A DNA stretch of 64,000 bases from Trichosphaerium sp. ATCC 40318 (Eukaryota; Protista; Tubulinea): positions 253,670-317,669 of the forward strand of contig JALMLS010000215.1 in assembly GCA_038496445.1 (NCBI GenBank), written 5' to 3'. The position numbers and the translations under genes are program-made. Positions 40,701 through 53,032 of the stretch are shown here, piece by piece; positions within the stretch are counted from its first letter, which is position 1; each line of letters begins with the position of its first letter. The notes under the pieces are model-generated. The model did no database searches. It had not been told where the DNA came from and saw only the letters and a program-made list of their open reading frames with translations.

Positions 40701-42703
40701 CAAGACAGAACCTCTGGATCATATCAAGGCATCTGGAAACTGGATGTGGCCTGCTAAGCTCCCTAAAGAAGCAAGTGCGATGTACAGCGCATGCTCAGCA
40801 CTTGTAGATGTGCTCATCAAGTTGGGTCCTGCGATAGATGGCGGTAAGGACAGTCTCAGCATGGCTGCCAAGGTCAACGACGATATGGTTAAATGCCCTG
40901 GCACTCTTGTAGTGTCTTTATACGCCCCGTGTCCGAATGTACTAAAGAAGGTAACACCAGATTTGAAGTCCGTTGGCAGTAGCTTGTTCCTGATCGACTT
41001 TGGTAACAACAAAAACCGTTTGGGCGGCTCAGCCTTTTGCCAAGTGTACAACCAAGTCGGTAACAACGTACCTGATATGGATGATGTTGAGGCCTTCAAA
41101 CAAGGCTGGAATACTGTGCAAGCACTCATTGATAACGATATGATTTTAGCAGGTACCGCAGGCCTTGAATTTTGTTCACTTGTATTCCTGTTCTTGTATT
41201 AAACCCTCACACTTTGTTATAGGCCATGACAGAAGCGATGGTGGTCTGATTGTAACGCTGTTAGAGATGGCTTTCGCAGGCAATGTGGGATTCTCGGTAG
41301 ACTTGCCAGCATCCTTCACATCCATTGAGACAGAAGGAGATGACATGTTTAAGAACGTATTGTGTCCTTTGTTTGCTGAAGAGCTGGGTTTGGTATTTGA
41401 AGTTGATGTGGCTAAAGTAGAGGCAACCAAACAAATCTTAAAGTCAGGAGGTGTACCTTTCCACGTGTTGGGTAACGTCACAGGAGACAAGATGGCAACC
41501 GTCACAGCTGCTGGAAAACCAGTGCTATCTGCGCCTATCACACAACTACGTGACACTTGGGAAGAGACGTCATTCCGTTTGGAAATGCGTCAAGCCAACC
41601 CAAAGTGCGTTGAACAGGAGCGCGATAACCTCAAGAACCGGTCTACTCCTCCTTTTACGCTGACGTACTCGCCGTCACCTACATTACCAAAGTACTTGGT
41701 AAACCGTCCTAAAGTGGCTATCATCAGGTACTTGACCTCAATTCTGCTGTAACTTTAAATTAATGCGGTTGTTTAGGGAAGAAGGAAGTAACAGTGACAG
41801 AGAAATGTCATCCATGTTTTATCAGGCTGGCTTTGAAGTGTGGGACGTTCTCATGAGGTATGGCGCCGTGTTACCAGTTACATGCTAACAGGTTTTACAA
41901 AGCGACTTGAGATCCGGTAAAATCGGACTCACTCAATTTAGAGGGATTGCCTTTGTAGGCGGTTTCTCTTTTGGTGACGTACTAGACTCGGCCAAGGGAT
42001 GGGCAGGTGCCATTAAGTTAAACGATAAGGTTCTAGCGGAGTTTGCAGCATTCCGTGCCCGCAAAGACACTTTCAGCCTGGGTGTTTGCAACGGCTGCCA
42101 ATTGATGGCTCTCCTTGGATGGGTGCCATACGAGGGTGTTAGCATGCAACAGCAGCCGAGGTTTGTGCACAATGCCAGTGGCCGTTTCGAATGTCGGTTT
42201 GTGACTGTTAAGATTGCCGAGTCTCCAGCACTCATGCTTAAAGGTACGTATACTCTTTTGTTTTGTGGCGTTGTATTAACGGAGGATTTGCTTAGGCATG
42301 GAGGGAAGCAGTTTGGGCGTATGGTCAGCACATGGCGAGGGTCGTGCCCTGTTCCCTAGTCAAAAGATTTATGAATCTGTGGTCAAGGACAAGCTCGCTC
42401 CAATGCACTATGTCAATGACCAAAACGAAGCAACAGAAGCGTATCCATTCAATCCAGCTGGTTCACGGGCTGGTATTGCTGGCTTGTGCTCTTCAGATGG
42501 TAGACACCTGGCTCTCATGCCACATCCAGAAAGGTACGGCTCAATCACGCCTGGACTACGAATAGGTGTACTAATGCAAGTTTAGGTTACCAGCCATGTA
42601 CTCCTGGCCATGGATGCCACCACAGTTGAAGCAAGTGTCAACAACGCCTTGGCTCCAAATGTTCCAGAATGCTCGCACATGGTGTGATGAAAATAGCGCT
42701 TGA
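37787..42703 (+). CDS. PFAS: Phosphoribosylformylglycinamidine synthase (large PurL)
   Basis: QSNSEHSRHWFF, ETHNFPT..PFPGAETGTGG, IHDQGAGG, DGGKDSLSM, GHDRSDGG, GGFSFGD, LGVCNGCQ, MPHPER. Confidence 0.98.
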
Positions 42704-42805
42704 GCCTCTCTATCCAACCAAATAAAATATCAGCCTTCTTTTTTGTACATACAATGTTCAGGTTTAATTTTCTTTTTTGGGGTTTTGTTTTTTTGGTTGT
42801 ACAAT

Positions 42806-43953
42806 TTATTTTACAGACTCAGATTGTGATTGCTCTCCACGAGAGGTATTGGACAACTGCGAACTCGTTCTGGCTCGCTTGCGCGCCAATTGTTGCTCTT
42901 CTAGTGCTTTGTCTTGGTGACTCTTGAGGTGTTCTTTCAGCAATGTCAACTCTCTCACTGTTTTCGCTTCTGCGTTTTGGAGCCTGTTCGATGTGTTAAC
43001 AGTTTTAACCAGGTATTTATTTATTTTGAAAATAAGGAAGGGATTGACGCATATTAAGTACCTGTATATCTCACGACGTTCGATGCCGAGTTTAGATGAG
43101 AGCGCTTGGTTCTCCTTGCGCAAAGCTAAAAAGTCTTCTTGCAATTTGACATACAGTTCTGCACCTTCGAGTTGTGACTGGCTCGTCATTTGTTGTTGCA
43201 GCTTATCGATTTGTGCCCTTTTATAAAAAATCCGTTAAGCAACGCGACCATGCGTTTAATTAGCACCAACCTCAATTTGTCCACCTCTGATTTGTGTAAT
43301 TGCTCAATTTGCTTAATGCCTCGTTCATTTATTTCCTCCAAACTTTTTGAATAGGCCCGTGCCATCGTGAGTTCAGCCTGGAGCAGCTTGCAAATGTCCT
43401 CTGCCTCTTGTCTCAAATTCTCCTCTGCCTGCGCTTCAGTTAGCACAAGCAAGAAGTGCGTGTGGGGTTGACACGCATTCAACAAATTTGACTTTGGTTT
43501 GTGTCGTACCCGCAATTTGCGTTCAAGCTCAGATGAATCTTCTTGCTGGAAATTTACACCAGGCAGTGCGAAAAGCTATGCGTATCGTTAACCGAGATTT
43601 TTTTTGTTTTATAACAGCTCGCTTCAATAAATACAATTATTTATCTCCACACGTACTTCGGTACTGCTTCTTCGTTGCAAGGCTTCTTGACGCTTATTTT
43701 TGCGCTTCTTGTCTCCTGGTTTGCTACCAAACTTTAGAACAACGCATAGCCTACAAACGCACTTTGGCTGCTCTGGACCTTCATCAAGGAGAGCCGTAAA
43801 GGTAAAAAGACTCAAACAGATAACAACAATCCCAAGATTGACCAATAGCGCTTTATTCGTTGTAGCTGCAAAAGATGTGAGCATAGACACAACGGCAGTG
43901 TACCAAATCGGTAAGCCACCTTGGCGCTTACTAAAATCGAGTATTTTGTTCAT
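42806..43953 (-). CDS. Hypothetical membrane-anchored coiled-coil protein
   Basis: Two N-terminal hydrophobic segments followed by E/Q/K/L-rich coiled-coil exons. Confidence 0.55.
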
Positions 43954-44680
43954 CTAAGTGTAAGAAGCGCGTTTACGTACTCAAATTAGTCAGCAACTCC
44001 GGCAATGACGACATTTCTTAATAATTGTGTGCTTACTAGCACCTAAACGGCTAGAACAAACGCCTCTTAGCGAAATTTAGTGATTATTGACCTTGCATGC
44101 CCCAATACAGGAGCTTAGCTGCAACTGGAAAAAAGTACCCGTTGCAACTTTTATTGACCAATATCGCTTTGTGCGTATCTTGACGAGATTTTGTTTTGAG
44201 GCTTCCCACAGCGTTTTGTTTTAAGATGCGAAAAAACTGAGAGCAATTATACATCGCGTAGTTTTTATTAAAACACTCTGATTTAGTTACTAACTAGTTC
44301 TATGGCCGCAGTGCCGTATGTTTGAAAGAAAAACCAAAATGGACACTGGGCATTGGTGTATTGGCTTTCGTACGCCTGGGAGTGGAGTTGGGATATGATG
44401 ATGATAATGACAGCTGTCGTTATAAAGTGCCGAGAAGCCAGCGCCCGTTAAAACATATGGGGGGGTGGAGGAGGCATGTGTAGCTTGTCAAAAAGGGCAT
44501 ATATATATCTCCATGAAATTTGATCGTACTTTCTTAACCCATGTGTTTGGTTTTTTACCGGATACTGGTTCATTCCTCAATTTTTTTTGTTTTTTTTTTG
44601 TGCCAATCTATCATTTTCAACCTTCCTTCCCAGCCCAACAAAAGTCCAATACTATGTGGATTTTGATGAGCATATCACAG

Positions 44681-47518
44681 TTAGGTTTCAACGATTTTAG
44701 CATCTGGAGCGTGGCCACTTTCTGCCTCACCACCTGTGGCGGCGTTGGCGCTTTCTATGGCTGAATCGCTGGTTTTAGATGCTGTTGGTGGTGTTGACTC
44801 TGCGCAGTTGGTTAAATAACTGCTGAATAAAGCACATACATAAAACGCTTTTACATACCTGCAGGGCTTGGTGCTGCTGCTGCTGGCGCGCGCTTCTTTG
44901 GGACCCATTGCTGCTGAGGACGAGATGACCTATTGTTCCTCGACCTTCCATTCGAAGACTCTACAAAAACAATGTTTGCATGCAAATTGGGTAGGGGTAA
45001 AATAGGGCTTACTGTATGACTTGGATTTAGCAGGTTTGGGTTGGGGTGCTGGTTGTTCGTTCGAATTTTGTGCAGGAGGTGTCTGTACTGCTGGGGTCGC
45101 AGGCATTGCTGCACCCATGCGCAAGTGATATGGCACAAATTCGGCGACATCTGCGCTCATCTTTCGTTTACCACTTTCAGACGGTCTGTCTGCAGCACCT
45201 TCAGCTTGTGTGGACGTCCCAGGTGCAGGTTGCGTTGCAAGCGGATAATATACTTGTCCCTAATGCCAAAACAGTAAGCACAACAACCCACAGGCATGAT
45301 GGTATCCAAACCAAGTCGTTAGTTATGTAGAACGTACCTTGTGATCCATGTACGGTTGTGAATATCTGTAAGGAGGGTTTGGTTGGCCGTATTGTGCTGC
45401 AGTTACGTTTGGAAGGTAAAAGTACTGCTGTACAGCCTGACCCTGAGGCATGCCGTTCATCATGTTGGGATTTACACCTCCCGCAACGGTACCGTCCTGA
45501 GACCAAACTACAGGCATCGTTGGATAAGCGGCTGGGTAGCCAGGCGGCATTTGACCTTGAGGCATCATGATTGGTACACCCGATTGACTCAACATCATTG
45601 GTACATTGCCAGCGCCACTGCCCACACCTTGATTGTAGGCGACAGGATCGCCATGGCCTTGTGCCATCCATTGCTGCAGTTCTTGTGTACTACGCACCTA
45701 TAAAAAGTGGTTAGCAGTGGGGTGGGGTATTTTCCTCTCTTTTCATCCGAAACGTACAGCGCGCTGTGTAGAATAACGTTTTGGTTTGGCAGGCAATCCA
45801 CTTAGATCAAGCTCATCCATGCCATTCAAATAGTCACCGTCTCCATTTTTAGCATCTGCCCACTGCAATTGGGACTAAAGCGCGAGATTTGTTAGCATAA
45901 TTAGTCAATTAAGGAATGTAGGCATTTTTGTTTAATTTTAGCAGGTAGCATAGAGGGCGCGTCCAACAATTAAAATGTGTTTGACATGAATGAAACAACT
46001 CAAAAAAGTTTAGTCCACGTACGTGGTTATTCTCTTCGTGTTGATTGCCACGTTGTTTGTGTTTTCCATGTCTACGTGATCCATTGTGCTGTTCATGTTT
46101 TGTATTATTGTCGTTGGTGCCTTTTGGTCTGTATTTGAGGGTTGTTTTCCCGGATGCGCGATCGCCTTGCTTGTCATCTTGCTTCTTTTTCCTGTACACA
46201 GTACGCTTTTCGCTGTATCTGCCACGTTTACCTCCGCGTTGGCGATATCCCTTGCCTCTCCCACGATTTTTAAATCCGCCTCTTCCTCTGCGGCCTCTCT
46301 TGTGTACCATGTCAGCACAAATCAAATTATTTTATTTTTGTCGCAAAATTAAAAAGAATAAAATAATGAAAAAAAAAATTCACACAAGGCATACCCTGCC
46401 AGAGTCTCTGTCGACTTCGTTGTATTTGTCATGTTGCCATTGTGGATCTTCCTCGCTAACTCTAATGTGAGTGCCCAAGAACAAAGAGATTGGAGGAAAC
46501 AGGTCCAGGTAGTTGACATGGCACATGTACGCACGTTTCTTCTTGCCATAGCGTGCGTTGTCTGCCTTGTTTATCTGGTGATCGTCTCCCTGAACCGTTT
46601 TCTCTGGATTCATCATTCTTGGATGATCTGTTGTTACGACCTCTACCTCGCGATCGGTTTTTACCTCTACCACGACGTCTACCATTGCCCTTTGATCTGT
46701 CATCGTGCATATAAAATTTTCCAGTGGATGGAACCTAATACAACACTAAGTTTCGCTCATTCATCAAAAAATGACAGATTTAAGTTTTGTTACTTGTACT
46801 GGCTTGTACTGAGGAGAGGAAAAAAAATAACCATTAAATGTGGCTGCAACAAGTCTATAAATGCGTGCGCACCGTCCATGGTTGGTCAGGTTGCTCTGCA
46901 GGTGACATGTCATCATCTTGGACGTTATCTTTTGCGTCTTCCTCCTGTTGCTCCATCTGTGTGAAGTCGTCTTGTATTTGTTCTTCCTCTGTGCGATATT
47001 GGCGATTTGTATTGTGCTTGCGCGTTTTAGGGGTTACGACAGGTACATAAGCCTACAACCAAAACGTCAATGCTGAAACTTTTGACATCCATCAAAAACA
47101 CATCTGTAGGTGTACGTTTTAAATTGTTTCAAGTGATTTACCAGTTTTTAACGTTTAAAAAAATGAGTGCAGAAAAAAAAAAGCCAGTTTCCACCAAGCA
47201 AGAATTTTACGTGAGACGACGGAGATAACGAGAATTGATGTTGTGAGTAATTTTTGGGCAGCAACAACCGATCTTCAAGAAGATGAACACAAAAACGACC
47301 AAAACTCGTTTGAACATCAGTACAAGTATAAATTTGCGATCGCACGGCGTATTGGGTAATTTTGGCGACTGTACGCATACCTTCACATCAGCTGCGTCAT
47401 TGCCCCTCTCCAATGCTATGTCGTCTTCGTCATCAGAGGCTACGACGCGCTCTGTTGGGCCACATGAATCTCCACTGTCGGAGTCGTCATCTGCAATTAG
47501 AATATTGGATGCGCTCAT
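44681..47518 (-). CDS. CASC3: Btz-domain exon-junction-complex protein (CASC3/MLN51-like) with PAM2-like motif
   Basis: VPSTGKFYMHDDR and DPQWQHDKYNE (Btz/SELOR motifs), RG-rich and P/Q/Y-rich regions, KMSADVAEFVP. Confidence 0.75.
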
Positions 47519-47819
47519 TAATTACAAGTGTGTTGTTAATTTGAACGTAGTGTTAACAATAAACAATGTTATAAAGCCAAGTCATAGGCGGTCAAATAAC
47601 AATAGCTATTAAATCAACCTATGATGTCAATGTAATACCAGAGTAAGCAATGATGAGCAACGATCATTATCTTCATTGTTGGTAATTGTGACAGAATAAG
47701 AGAACCAAGTTCTGCATTTTCTTGCAATTTGTAACGAGAATAACTTTTTCAAACTCGAAACAATTTGTACAAAATTGGCTAAAGTACACTTTTTTTTTAC
47801 ACTTTTGTAACAGCAATTT

Positions 47820-48329
47820 CTACGACACCGTGCTTTGTGATGCTCTTGTAATTGACTCGCTACTCGATGAGGAACTAAAGTCTTCTGACACGCTGTGAGC
47901 GACTGCGTCTACATTTGAATTTGGAGTTTGCGTGGCGCTTGGTGTTGCTGTTTCCTTGGATTTGTTTACCGGCGAAAATGATTTAGCGCTTGCTTTGTGG
48001 TAGTAAACAAGAATCGATATACACGCAAACGCCACGGCAGCCAATGAAACTGCTAAGCCTACTCGCAAATTATAACAAATTAACGTGTTTTATGGCGCAC
48101 CAACTATTTCTCCAGCAGTAGGGCCTTCAATGTCTCGTAGCACGCATTGGCCACCAATACAATCGGCAAAGGAGTCATTACAATTAGTCGTGTTAATACA
48201 TTGCGCACATGTCATGTTTGAGACGCAAAATGCTTGCGTCGAAGCACAGGTAGTGTTCCCACACAACAATTGAGGAGTTACGGCGTACAAACTGCACGCT
48301 AACACCAAAACTAGAACAGTGGGTATCAT
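47820..48329 (-). CDS. Small type I membrane protein with Cys-rich ectodomain
   Basis: Signal peptide MIPTVLVLVLACSLYA, 8-Cys segment, TM VGLAVSLAAVAFACISILVYY, Ser/Thr-rich tail. Confidence 0.65.
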
Positions 48330-48546
48330 CGCCGTGGGTTCTACAATCTACAAACAATGAATGAAAGACAAGTCACATGAATTCTTTTTAAACCAACATT
48401 TTTGTTGTATGGTATGTCAAGCACCGTGGAGAGGTCTCCCAGGAAACGGGAAGGGTAATAGGACATTGTCACATCATTTAACTGACATGTTGGCATTTAG
48501 GACTGTTCAAACCCACCTCAAACACCGCGCAGCGATAGTCTTTCGC

Positions 48547-50229
48547 ATGGCGGGTTTGCTACTCGCATTTCTTGTGGTCACTCATTTTTATAATGCGCGT
48601 AGTGTTGCAACGTCGCCTGTCGTACTCGCAAAACCTCAAATTACCGGTGGAATGCCCGCACAGTTGTTTATGCAGCGGTAAAGCAGTTTGTATCACAACA
48701 CGCTAATCGTGCGTCAGGTATGCATGTGCAGGCGATGATTCAATCACAAAGGCAATGCTTGCTAGTTTACAGCCATGGGCAATTGAAGGTACTGTTTTTT
48801 TTTGTTCGACGTTGTCCAACTAACAAAAAATAGGCGTCACTAAGGTCAGCATTTTGCGCGCAGTGGCAGCGTGCTCTTCTTGCGTGCGTTTACAGATAAT
48901 ACATAACAGACTTTACATGCACGTGAAAGCATGACATATTTGATTTTGTTTAACGACTGGGTTTTAGCGTCAATCATGCTGTTGCAGCACGCTATTTTGG
49001 TCGTCAACTGAACTATACTGTCAATATGTTTCTAGGTATTGCAGCTTCGGTAACTTGAGTTGATGACTTGTAGATTTGACGCATAGAGTTGAAGTGCCTG
49101 ATGTTGACTTTGTTGTTAATCTTGGAGAGTGGCCAATCATACCACGTACTACAAGGGGCACTCCACCACCAGTATTTTCAAGTGTAAAAGGAAGAGACTA
49201 CTTAGGTACAGCAATGTTGAGGTAACAAACAAACAGCCAAACTAACTTTTTGCATCAAACCAGATATACACTGTCCACCAAGGTACATTGTTTTAACATC
49301 AATCATAATAATAGTAACAATGAGCCAGGATTGATATCACATCAGCCGGGGATGCTATAACCAGTATAGCTGCATTAAGGTACTATTTTTTTAATGTAAT
49401 GTCAATTGATTAACATGGGTGGCAGTCAAAAACACAGCTGGGCTCAAAAGGAGCAGATAGGTATGTAATGGTAGCTCATTTGTGCATTGACATGGGATAG
49501 CTTATTGGCGTGGTGAAGCTGTAAACACTCAGTGCACATCATCCAAGTGGGCCAAGATGGCTGGTGCTATGCTAGCTCATGTGTCTGTAACATTTCCAAA
49601 GCTGGTTGATGCAAAGATAACACACACATCTCAGTGCTCAAGTCATGCTGCAACAGCGTTACACACAAGAGGCTATGTTACAGATGTACCAGCCCAATTG
49701 GTTGAGCAATTAAAGCATGCTATAATTGTGTGTTTGGATGGTATGCAATGCCAACTAATCCATCATTGTTAATTGAGTACAAGGTATTGGCAATGATCAT
49801 CTTTACACAGTTTTCCTTGCCTCCAACAGTGCTATATTGAAGCAACAATCTTCTTTGTACATCAATTTCAGGGTTTTTCCCTTATTATAATTAATGTTTG
49901 ATAGATATGAAGTGTTTGAAGTAGATTTAAAGGCTTGGCAACACTATATTCCTCTTAATATGTACAATTTGTCTTTTACTACTATTATTCATTGATTTAG
50001 GGATTTCAAATCTCTTTTGGCCCAAATCAAAGAAGCTACTACTTTGTTGGCCCAAAATACCACTGTTGTACACAATATTGCTAATTTTGCTTCTAATTAT
50101 ACTCTCAAAAACCTTAATCAAGATAAACTGCTATGTTATTGGTTTAATCTATTGGTGGCATATGCAAATTTTACCAAATTTCCAATAATTAGAGATTCTA
50201 ATGCTAAATTAATGATTAATAAATTGTAA
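48547..50229 (+). CDS. Glycosyltransferase family 90 (CAP10/POGLUT-like), many micro-exons
   Basis: VPDVDFVVNLGEWP, PPVFS, WAQK..AYWRG, IVCLDG, LKAWQHYIP, LLCYWFNLLVAYA. Confidence 0.8.
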
Positions 50230-50724
50230 ATAATGTATAACAAATGATATTATTGGTTTTTTGTATGAAAACTGGCCTTTTAAACCAAAAATGACCAATT
50301 TTTACAGACAATTGAGTTGCAATCATTTTTCTGAAATAGTCATTAAGTTGTGGTAGTTAATTGCAGTTTTAGGTTAAAACATGGTTGTTTAGTGGTAATA
50401 TATTGTAGTGTTGCTTGTATTCAACATTAACTTGTGCATTACAGCCACTGTTGTTGATTACCCATCTCAACTTGAATATAACTAATTGCCAGCATTGATT
50501 CATCTTTTTGTTGGAAGAATCTTCTTTTTGTCTTTTTTATCAACATTTCAAAAATAACCATATCTTGACAAAGATTGTTTCCAACAAAAAGGCTGAAATC
50601 ACTTGGCTTTTATTTTGATTGAATGGATCCACAATCCTGTTAATTGCCTGCAGTGGGTACATATTTGTACAACAAACAAACCATTTCTGTTGTAAAAAAA
50701 TCCTTGAATATAAATGTGTTATAG

Positions 50725-50900
50725 CAGTACTGGAATCAGGATTTTGACCCATACTAAACCCGTACCAAACCCATACTTTTGACTTGTACTTAACCCATAC
50801 GGGTTCTGTACTTTTGACCTGTACATAACCCATACGGGTTCCATATTGTTGATCCATACTTTACCCATACAGGTTATGTATGGGATCCGTACAGGTAGAG
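50725..50900 (-). repeat. Degenerate inverted copy of the 35-bp satellite
   Basis: ttttgacccatac / cccatacggg units are the reverse complement of the 52.5-kb unit with CG to CA/TG changes; a smaller copy lies at ~51604-51650. Confidence 0.85.
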
Positions 50901-52459
50901 TGCAATTAAATAATATGAAAAATTGTATTTATTGGATACAGAACATACTCCTCTTTTTTCCATACAATGTATGTGTACACATATATCACATGTGTGCCAA
51001 AACCACAACCATCAGTATACACTTGCAATCAAAAAAAAAATTTGGCCATCAACTTTTGTTTGGATTTGGCAATCATCCAAAAAAAAATTACTGCAATTAA
51101 ATGGCAGCTTGTAATCATAAGGTACAAAAACATGTATTATTAATAGATGAGGGTGTTTTAAGGTTAATAGGGCATGTACTTAAAAAATAGAGGAGAAAAC
51201 TTAATAAAGTGCAAAATGTAGCTTTTTGCTGAATTTTGTTGTTTTATTGCATAACTTTGGTCTGACTGTACAAACTGCTCAGAAAATATGTATTTGGAGT
51301 AGTTTAAGCATATTATGGCCTAATAACTCTAGTAAACCACTTTTTAAAGGCAATTATGGGTTTCAAGCATTTTTCTGAAATAGTTGTTAAGTTGTGGATA
51401 TTAAGTTGGAGTAGAACAATTAAGGCATGATGTCTAAAATATCTCCTCAAACAGGTCAAAAACATGGTCATTTAGTGGTTATGGGGTTGTAATGTAATGT
51501 AATGTATTGTAATGTTGTAATGTAAATGTAATAGTTAAGAAAACAATAAACCAATCCATTGTTTTTACTATTTTGTGTACACAATTATAACTGCTGACAC
51601 ATATTTTGACCCGTACCTAACCTGTACAGGTTCCATACTTTTGACCTGTTATTTAGTTGTTTTTAAGTGTTATTAGCTTGAAAGTTGATGGAGCTGGTAA
51701 ATAGCTTGTCAAAAATTGTCAAGCTGGTAGACCTATGTATGGCCTTGCAAACTAAGGGTAATGACAATTTTGCAATGACTATATTTTGTTTTTGTGTAGA
51801 TTTCAAGTGTTAACCTATACAAAAGACAAAGCTGCTAAAACCTGTTCTTGTGGTTGTGATTCTACTGAGAAATCTAAAGAAAAGTTTGAAGAAGAGTTTG
51901 ATGAATCAGACAGCACATGAATTGCATGTTTTGGGCATGTATATTGTTTTAAAGCCAGTTGGTACACTTTCAATAAGTACCTATCAGTTGGAATTTACTC
52001 TCATTTGAAGCACTTTCAATTTGGGTATTGTCAATATTCAAAGCAGCAAAGATTTGAACAGTCCATAAAGGAAACCAACAAACCACATTTTATGGAGATT
52101 TTTATTGAAACTACTTTTTGTTTTACATATTGATAGCCAATACCCACTAAAATGTCATTGTCTCTTTTTTGAATGGGATTATGCTAACACTATTGGAAAT
52201 ATGTTGATTAAATACATCTCATCTATTTTTAATGGCTGGTCTGAAAACACCATGCAATATTCACAACAAAGAAAAAGATTTTTGGAAAGACTGGAGTGCA
52301 GGTTTACCTCCAAATCCTCCCCTTTACCACCCATATGCAATGCATGATGGAGCATATGTGGACAGCTTTTTCTTTCAGTGGTGGAATTGGACAGCACGTG
52401 AATTGCACGTTTTGGGCACATTTATTTTCTGCACAAAAGACATCAGTAGTAAAATCGGG

Positions 52460-52920
52460 AGTACGGATAATGTACGGGTAGAGTACGGGTCAAAAAGTAC
52501 GGATCCCGTACGGGTAGAGTACGGGTTGAAAGTACGGGTTCCGTACGGGTTTAATCCGTGTCAAAAGTACGGCACCCGTACGGGTAGAGTACAGGTCAGA
52601 AGTACGGGTTCCGTACGGGTTGAGTACGGGTCAAAAGTACGGGTTCCGTACGGGTTGAGTACGGGTCAGAAGTACGGGTTCCGTACGGGTTGAGTACGGG
52701 TCAAAAGTACGGGTTCCGTACGGGTAGAGTACGGGTCAGAAGTACGGGTTCCGTACGGGTTGAGTACGGGTCAAAAGTACGGGTTCCGTACGGGTTGAGT
52801 ACGGGTCAAAAGTACGGGTTCCGTACGGGTTAAGTACGGGTCAAAAGTACGGGTTCCGTACGGGTTGAGTACAGGTCAAAAGTATGGGTTCCGTACGGGT
52901 TGAGTACGGGTCAAAAGTAC
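52460..52920 (+). repeat. 35-bp tandem satellite GAGTACGGGTCAAAAGTACGGGTTCCGTACGGGTT (~13 copies)
   Basis: Directly visible; each unit holds three GTACGGGT sub-repeats and a CCGTACGG palindrome. Confidence 0.95.
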
Positions 52921-53032
52921 AGCACCTGGGTTTGGTGCAGATCGTAGGTGGACAGTTTGTTATTTATTTACTACAATTACATTTACATAGATCTGCAATC
53001 TTCATCTTTGTGAATGTACATCTAAAGTGTCA

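Noticed and set aside
40357-42331. Long antisense ORFs over PFAS
   Set aside because: Shadows of a well-conserved + strand gene.
52232-52693. 153-aa ORF running into VRVEYG repeats
   Set aside because: Its 3' half is translated satellite; not a credible gene.
52460-52920. 35-bp repeats as a CRISPR array
   Set aside because: Units are head-to-tail with no unique spacers, no cas genes are present and the context is eukaryotic.
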